A stretch of DNA of 64,000 nucleotides from Polyangiaceae bacterium (GTDB lineage: Bacteria > Myxococcota_A > Polyangia > Polyangiales > Polyangiaceae), in assembly GCA_044376115.1 (NCBI GenBank), contig JBILLK010000010.1:64001-128000 (forward strand). Direction: 5' to 3'. The notes under the pieces were generated by a model. That model saw only the letters and a list, made by a program, of their open reading frames with translations. It was not told where the DNA came from and searched no databases. Shown here in pieces: positions 59,124 to 64,000 of the stretch. Within the stretch, counting starts at the first letter, position 1; every line of letters begins with the position of its first letter. A program made the position numbers and the translations under genes.

Positions 59124-61235
59124 ATGTCTAGCTCTGCTCATCATCCTAAACCGCTGTTCGATCTCAGCATCATCCGGCCCGCAATCCTCGACGCGTTCAA
59201 GAAGCTCCACCCCCGGCGGATGCTCAAGAACCCAGTCATGTTCGTGGTGGAGGTTGGCAGCGCGTTCACTACGCTCCTGTTTCTGCACGCAGCGTTTACC
59301 GGCCAAGGGGACGCGCACCCTGGCTTCATCCTCGCCATCGCTTTGTGGCTCTGGTTCACGGTGCTGTTTGCCAACTTCGCCGAAGCCATGGCGGAGGGCC
59401 GCGGAAAGGCGCAAGCAGACACACTACGTAAAGCTCGACAGGACGTTGTGGCCAAGCGCGTTCGAGGCGGCCTCAAAAGCACCGTCTCCCTCGCGGATCC
59501 AGCCCTGAGGGCGGACGCGCTCGAGGAGGTGATCTCGTCGTCGCTGCGCGTGGACGACGTCGTCTTCGTACTCGCTGGAGAGCTCATCCCCGCCGACGGC
59601 GAAATCATCGAAGGGGTCGCCTCGGTCGATGAGAGCGCCATCACCGGCGAAAGCGCCCCGGTCATTCGCGAGAGCGGCGGCGACCGAAGCGCCGTTACGG
59701 GCGGCACCCGCGTGCTCTCCGATTGGCTGGTTATTCGCGTATCGACCAATCCCGGTGAGACCTTTCTCGACCGCATGATCGCCATGGTCGAGGGAGCCAA
59801 GCGGAAGAAGACGCCTAACGAGATTGCCCTCGACATACTTCTCGCCGCGCTGACGATCATCTTCTTGTTGGCGACAGTAACGCTGCTCCCATTCTCGCAA
59901 TACGCAGTCAAGAGCTCCGGCCAAGGCATTCCAGTGCCTCTCACCATCTTGGTCGCGCTGCTCGTATGCCTGATTCCTACCACCATTGGGGGTTTGCTAT
60001 CTGCAATTGGCATTGCCGGCATGGACCGTATGATCCAGGCCAATGTAATTGCGACTTCAGGCCGCGCTGTCGAGGCCGCCGGTGACGTGGACGTGCTGCT
60101 GCTCGACAAGACTGGCACCATCACGCTCGGTAACCGTCAGGCCACCGAGTTCCTCGCAGCGCCTGGCGTCGTTGAGCGGGAGCTGGCCGACGCAGCTCAG
60201 CTGTCCTCGCTCGCCGACGAGACGCCCGAGGGCCGATCGATTGTGGTGTTGGCAAAGGAGAAACACGGCCTGCGCGGTCGCGAGCTCGAGGGCTTGGGCG
60301 CGAGCTTCGTGCCGTTTACCGCCCAAACTCGCATGAGCGGCGTGGACCTCGAAGGCAGGCAGATCCGCAAAGGCGCCACCGATGCGATCGTCCGCTTCGT
60401 CGAGTCCAATGGCGGGTCGTTCCCACAGAAGGTTCGGGCCACCGTCGAGGAAGTGGCGAAGCAAGGAGCCACCCCGCTGGTGGTCGCCGATGGCGCTCGC
60501 GTACTAGGGGTGGTCCAGCTCAAAGACATCGTCAAAGGCGGTATCCGAGAGCGCTTCGCCGAGATGCGTCGAATCGGGATCAAGACCGTGATGATCACCG
60601 GAGACAACCCGCTAACGGCTGCGGCGATCGCTACCGAGGCCGGCGTCGACGACTACCTGGCAGAGGCAACCCCCGAGGCCAAGCTCGCGATGATCCGCGA
60701 CTACCAACAGAAGGGGCATCTCGTCGCGATGACGGGTGACGGTACCAACGATGCTCCTGCATTGGCCCAAGCCGACGTCGCCGTAGCGATGAACACCGGG
60801 ACCCAAGCCGCCAAAGAGGCCGGCAACATGGTGGATCTCGACTCCAACCCAACCAAGTTGCTGTCCATTGTCGAGATTGGCAAGCAGATGCTGATGACGC
60901 GCGGAGCACTGACGACCTTCAGCATCGCAAACGATCTCGCCAAGTACTTCGCCATTATCCCAGCGGCGTTCGTGGCAACCTATCCAGCTCTCGGCGCGCT
61001 CAACGTGATGGGTTTGCATTCGCCGTCGACGGCGGTGCTCAGCGCCGTGATCTTCAACGCACTCATCATCGTTGCGCTGATACCGCTCGCGCTGCGCGGA
61101 ATCACTTACCGCCCAGCGCCGGCCTCAACGCTGTTACGCCGCAACATACTTATCTACGGCCTGGGCGGAGTGCTCTTGCCGTTCCCCTGCATCAAGCTGA
61201 TCGACCTCGCACTCAGCGCCGTCGGAATGAGCTGA
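59124..61235 (+). CDS. kdpB: K+-transporting ATPase subunit B
   Basis: [30 protein letters not shown] and [10 protein letters not shown]. Confidence 0.98.
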   Translation: MSSSAHHPKPLFDLSIIRPAILDAFKKLHPRRMLKNPVMFVVEVGSAFTTLLFLHAAFTGQGDAHPGFILAIALWLWFTVLFANFAEAMAEGRGKAQADTLRKARQDVVAKRVRGGLKSTVSLADPALRADALEEVISSSLRVDDVVFVLAGELIPADGEIIEGVASVDESAITGESAPVIRESGGDRSAVTGGTRVLSDWLVIRVSTNPGETFLDRMIAMVEGAKRKKTPNEIALDILLAALTIIFLLATVTLLPFSQYAVKSSGQGIPVPLTILVALLVCLIPTTIGGLLSAIGIAGMDRMIQANVIATSGRAVEAAGDVDVLLLDKTGTITLGNRQATEFLAAPGVVERELADAAQLSSLADETPEGRSIVVLAKEKHGLRGRELEGLGASFVPFTAQTRMSGVDLEGRQIRKGATDAIVRFVESNGGSFPQKVRATVEEVAKQGATPLVVADGARVLGVVQLKDIVKGGIRERFAEMRRIGIKTVMITGDNPLTAAAIATEAGVDDYLAEATPEAKLAMIRDYQQKGHLVAMTGDGTNDAPALAQADVAVAMNTGTQAAKEAGNMVDLDSNPTKLLSIVEIGKQMLMTRGALTTFSIANDLAKYFAIIPAAFVATYPALGALNVMGLHSPSTAVLSAVIFNALIIVALIPLALRGITYRPAPASTLLRRNILIYGLGGVLLPFPCIKLIDLALSAVGMS

Positions 61236-61245
61236 AGGTAAAACC

Positions 61246-61818
61246 ATGTTTACCAGTCTTCGTCCTGCAATCACCCTGCTCGCGCTGTTCACTCTAATCA
61301 CCGGTATTGTCTACCCCCTGGCCGTCACCGCGGCGGCGCAGGCAGCCTTCCCTGTGCAAGCCAATGGCAGTCTGATCGAGCAGAATGGGCGCGTGCTCGG
61401 CTCCCGTCTAATCGCACAACCGTTCGATCAAGAGCGCTACTTCTGGGGGCGGCCTTCCGCTACGAGCCCATGGCCGAATAACGCCTCAGCCTCGACCGGC
61501 TCAAACGTGGGCCCAACCAACCCTGCGCTGAGCACCGCGGTGAATGAACGCGTCGCGGCGCTTCGCGCGGCCTCTCCCGCGCAGGGGGCGACGGCCATTC
61601 CGGTGGACCTGGTCACGAGCTCGGGGAGCGGGCTCGACCCGCACGTATCGCCGGCAGCGGCGCTCTTCCAAGTACAGCGCGTTGCGCTGGCGCGCGGCCT
61701 ATCCGAGGACCGTGTTCGCAGCTTAGTGGAGGAGCATACGGAACCACGGAGCTTTGGTATTTGGGGCGAACCTCGGGTGAACATTCTGCTCCTCAACATG
61801 GCGCTTGACGGGCTGTAG
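61246..61818 (+). CDS. kdpC: K+-transporting ATPase subunit C
   Basis: QANGSLI, YFWGRPSA, VTSSGSGLDPHVS and GEPRVN. Confidence 0.97.
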   Translation: MFTSLRPAITLLALFTLITGIVYPLAVTAAAQAAFPVQANGSLIEQNGRVLGSRLIAQPFDQERYFWGRPSATSPWPNNASASTGSNVGPTNPALSTAVNERVAALRAASPAQGATAIPVDLVTSSGSGLDPHVSPAAALFQVQRVALARGLSEDRVRSLVEEHTEPRSFGIWGEPRVNILLLNMALDGL

Positions 61819-61853
61819 AGCGGCGACAACGTAAGGCTGACGAAGCGCGACGA

Positions 61854-64000
61854 ATGACCGACCCAAGCGAAAGACCCGATCCCGATCAATTGCTGCGCCG
61901 CCTGCAGCAGGCAGAAGCTCGCGCGCAGCGCGGGAAGCTCAGGGTCTTCTTTGGCTTCGCGCCCGGGGTCGGCAAAACCTACCGCATGCTGCAGGTCGCG
62001 CGCGAGCTAGTCAGTAAGCAGAAGCTAGACGTCGTGATCGGCGTGGTCGAGGACCACAAGCGGATTGAGACCGCCAAGATGGTCTCTGGCCTGGAGCTTT
62101 TGCCACGCAGGAAAGTGGAATACCGCGGTAGCACGCTGGAGGAGTTCGACCTCGATGCGGCGCTCGCGCGTAAACCCGCTCTGCTGCTCGTTGATGAGCT
62201 AGCCCATACGAACGCCGTCGGATCGCGTCACCCGAAGCGGTGGCAAGACGTCAATGAGCTGCTCGATGCTGGCATCGACGTCTTCACGACCATGAACGTG
62301 CAGCACGTCGAGAGCCTCAATGACGTGGTCGCACAGATTACGCGCGTCCAAGTACGAGAAACGGTACCCGACTCGGCGCTCGATGCGGCCGACACGATCG
62401 AGCTCGTCGATATAGCTCCCGAGGAGCTGCTGGACCGACTGAAAGACGGCAAGGGTTACCTGCCGGAGCAAGCCAAGCGTGCGGCGCAGCACTTCTTTCA
62501 GCGCGGTAACTTGCTGGCGCTACGGGAGCTCGCGCTCCGAAGAACGGCGCAGCACGTCGACGAGGACGTCCGCGAGTACCGCGAGGAACATGACGTCGTC
62601 GTGCCCTGGCCTGCGGGCGAACGGCTGCTCGTGTGCATCGGTCCGGCCCCTAGCTCCGGCAGATTGCTCCGCGCCGCTGCGCGCATGGCTGCCGGCCTGC
62701 GCTGCCCTTGGGTTGCAGCCTACGTCGAATCAACCGTGCGGCCAATGAGCGAGGTGGATCGCACGCGGCTAGAGGCACACTTGAGCATGGCCGAGTCGCT
62801 GGGCGCCACGGTCACGAGGCTCTCCGGGGCGAGCATCTCCGAAGCGCTAATCGCCTATGCGCGCAAATACAACGTAACCCGACTGCTAATCGGCAAACCG
62901 ACGCACTCTCGTGTGTGGGACCGGCTACGCGGGTCGCTGTTGGATGAGGTCGTACGGGGCAGCGGCGACATCGACGTACTGGCTATAAGCGGGGGGCGCA
63001 GCAATGATGAGCAGGAGCCGCGCAAGCTGCCTCCACGCGAAGGCACCGCGCAGGCGTGGCATTATCTGGCGGCGACGCTAATCGTCAGCGCCAGCTTAGG
63101 CCTGGCTCTCGTACTGCGTAGCCTCTTGAACCTGCCAGATCTCGAGATGCTTTTCCTATTGGCCGTCATGGTAACGGCCGTATGGTTTGGGCGGGGCCCT
63201 TCGCTGCTCGCCGCTGCGCTCGGCGTAGCCAGCTACGACTTCTTCTTCGTCCAGCCGCTTTACACCTTCTCCGTTCACGACCGCCGCTACTTCCTGACCT
63301 TCGGGATGATCTTCGCCGTGGGCTTGGCCATGAGTGAGCTGGCACAACGGCTCCGCAGACAACAGCGCGAAGCCCAAGCAAGGGAGGAGCGTACGGCCGT
63401 GCTCTACGCCCTTACGCGCGAGCTCGCGTCCGCGGAGGCCCCCTCGAGGATCGCGACCATCGCGGTGCGGCACGCGGCGAATATCTTTGCAGCGCCAGCG
63501 AGCATTCTGGTCGTGGCCGATGGGGTACTGCAGTCGATCGCCTCCACGCCGGAAGAGGCCTTGCTCGATACGAAGGACGTCGAGGTAGCCACGTGGAGCC
63601 ATGAACACGGCCGTTCGGCCGGGCTCGGCACCGATACGCTGCCCGGTGCGAGAGTATTGTGCACGCCCCTACGAGCAGGCAGCTCGCGCCTCGGCGTGCT
63701 CGCGCTGCTCCCGCAAGACCAGAGAGCCCTGCGCGTTGATCAGCGTGACTTCCTCGACGTGCTCGGCCGCCAGGTCGCCGTCGCGCTCGAACGAGCGCGC
63801 CTCTCCGAAGAAGCCAAGCAGTCTGCGCTACGCGCCAAAACGGAGGAGATGCGCTCCTCATTGCTGTCCGCCGTGTCGCATGATCTTCGCACGCCGCTGG
63901 CGACGATCACGGGCTCTGCTACCTCGCTTCGTGACGACGATAAGCTGGAGGCTGCGACCCGCGGGGAGCTCGTTGAATCGATCGTCGATCAAGCCGAGCG
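61854..64000 (+). CDS. kdpD: Sensor histidine kinase KdpD, 3'-truncated by the window edge
   Basis: Read from the sequence (absent from the ORF track): RPDPDQLL, GFAPGVGKTY, LVDELAHTN, KRWQDV, Usp domain, TM region and H-box SHDLRTPL. Confidence 0.95.
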   Translation, partial: MTDPSERPDPDQLLRRLQQAEARAQRGKLRVFFGFAPGVGKTYRMLQVARELVSKQKLDVVIGVVEDHKRIETAKMVSGLELLPRRKVEYRGSTLEEFDLDAALARKPALLLVDELAHTNAVGSRHPKRWQDVNELLDAGIDVFTTMNVQHVESLNDVVAQITRVQVRETVPDSALDAADTIELVDIAPEELLDRLKDGKGYLPEQAKRAAQHFFQRGNLLALRELALRRTAQHVDEDVREYREEHDVVVPWPAGERLLVCIGPAPSSGRLLRAAARMAAGLRCPWVAAYVESTVRPMSEVDRTRLEAHLSMAESLGATVTRLSGASISEALIAYARKYNVTRLLIGKPTHSRVWDRLRGSLLDEVVRGSGDIDVLAISGGRSNDEQEPRKLPPREGTAQAWHYLAATLIVSASLGLALVLRSLLNLPDLEMLFLLAVMVTAVWFGRGPSLLAAALGVASYDFFFVQPLYTFSVHDRRYFLTFGMIFAVGLAMSELAQRLRRQQREAQAREERTAVLYALTRELASAEAPSRIATIAVRHAANIFAAPASILVVADGVLQSIASTPEEALLDTKDVEVATWSHEHGRSAGLGTDTLPGARVLCTPLRAGSSRLGVLALLPQDQRALRVDQRDFLDVLGRQVAVALERARLSEEAKQSALRAKTEEMRSSLLSAVSHDLRTPLATITGSATSLRDDDKLEAATRGELVESIVDQAE

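Noticed and set aside
1..64000. Genome-wide amber recoding
   Set aside because: Several clear genes (glpD, the rSAM-adjacent lipoprotein at 8360, the NtrC-like regulator, kdpC) end normally at TAG.

Overview
GC-rich bacterial chromosomal segment. The gene content (eukaryote-like Ser/Thr kinases, PP2C, Gly- and Cys-rich lipoproteins, pilMNOPQ) points to Myxococcota, probably Polyangiaceae-like (inference). It carries housekeeping and metabolic genes (glpD, fabH, acyl-CoA dehydrogenase, glpA/glpB-like, a fused aconitase-family dehydratase, frr, prfC, uppS, cdsA, gdh), a type IV pilus pilMNOPQ operon, several signalling genes and a kdpFABC-kdpD potassium locus. The most striking locus is at 7.1-9.1 kb. 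There a radical SAM/SPASM enzyme resembling tyramine-excising 'spliceases' lies directly downstream of two paralogous small Zn-ribbon lipoproteins that carry five V-Y-G-P motifs, a candidate system for backbone-modified surface lipoproteins. Other notable items: a shared TTGATA-N15-TTGAT motif in front of both an outer-membrane beta-barrel gene and the kdp operon; two small kdp peptides missing from the ORF track; a Kal-Kce fusion; a degenerate sigma54-type activator; an AAC4-like lipoprotein; and several frameshifts and in-frame ambers that may be real lesions or assembly errors. I recognised no rRNA, tRNA, CRISPR array or transposase. All family calls come from motif recognition by eye, not database searches.
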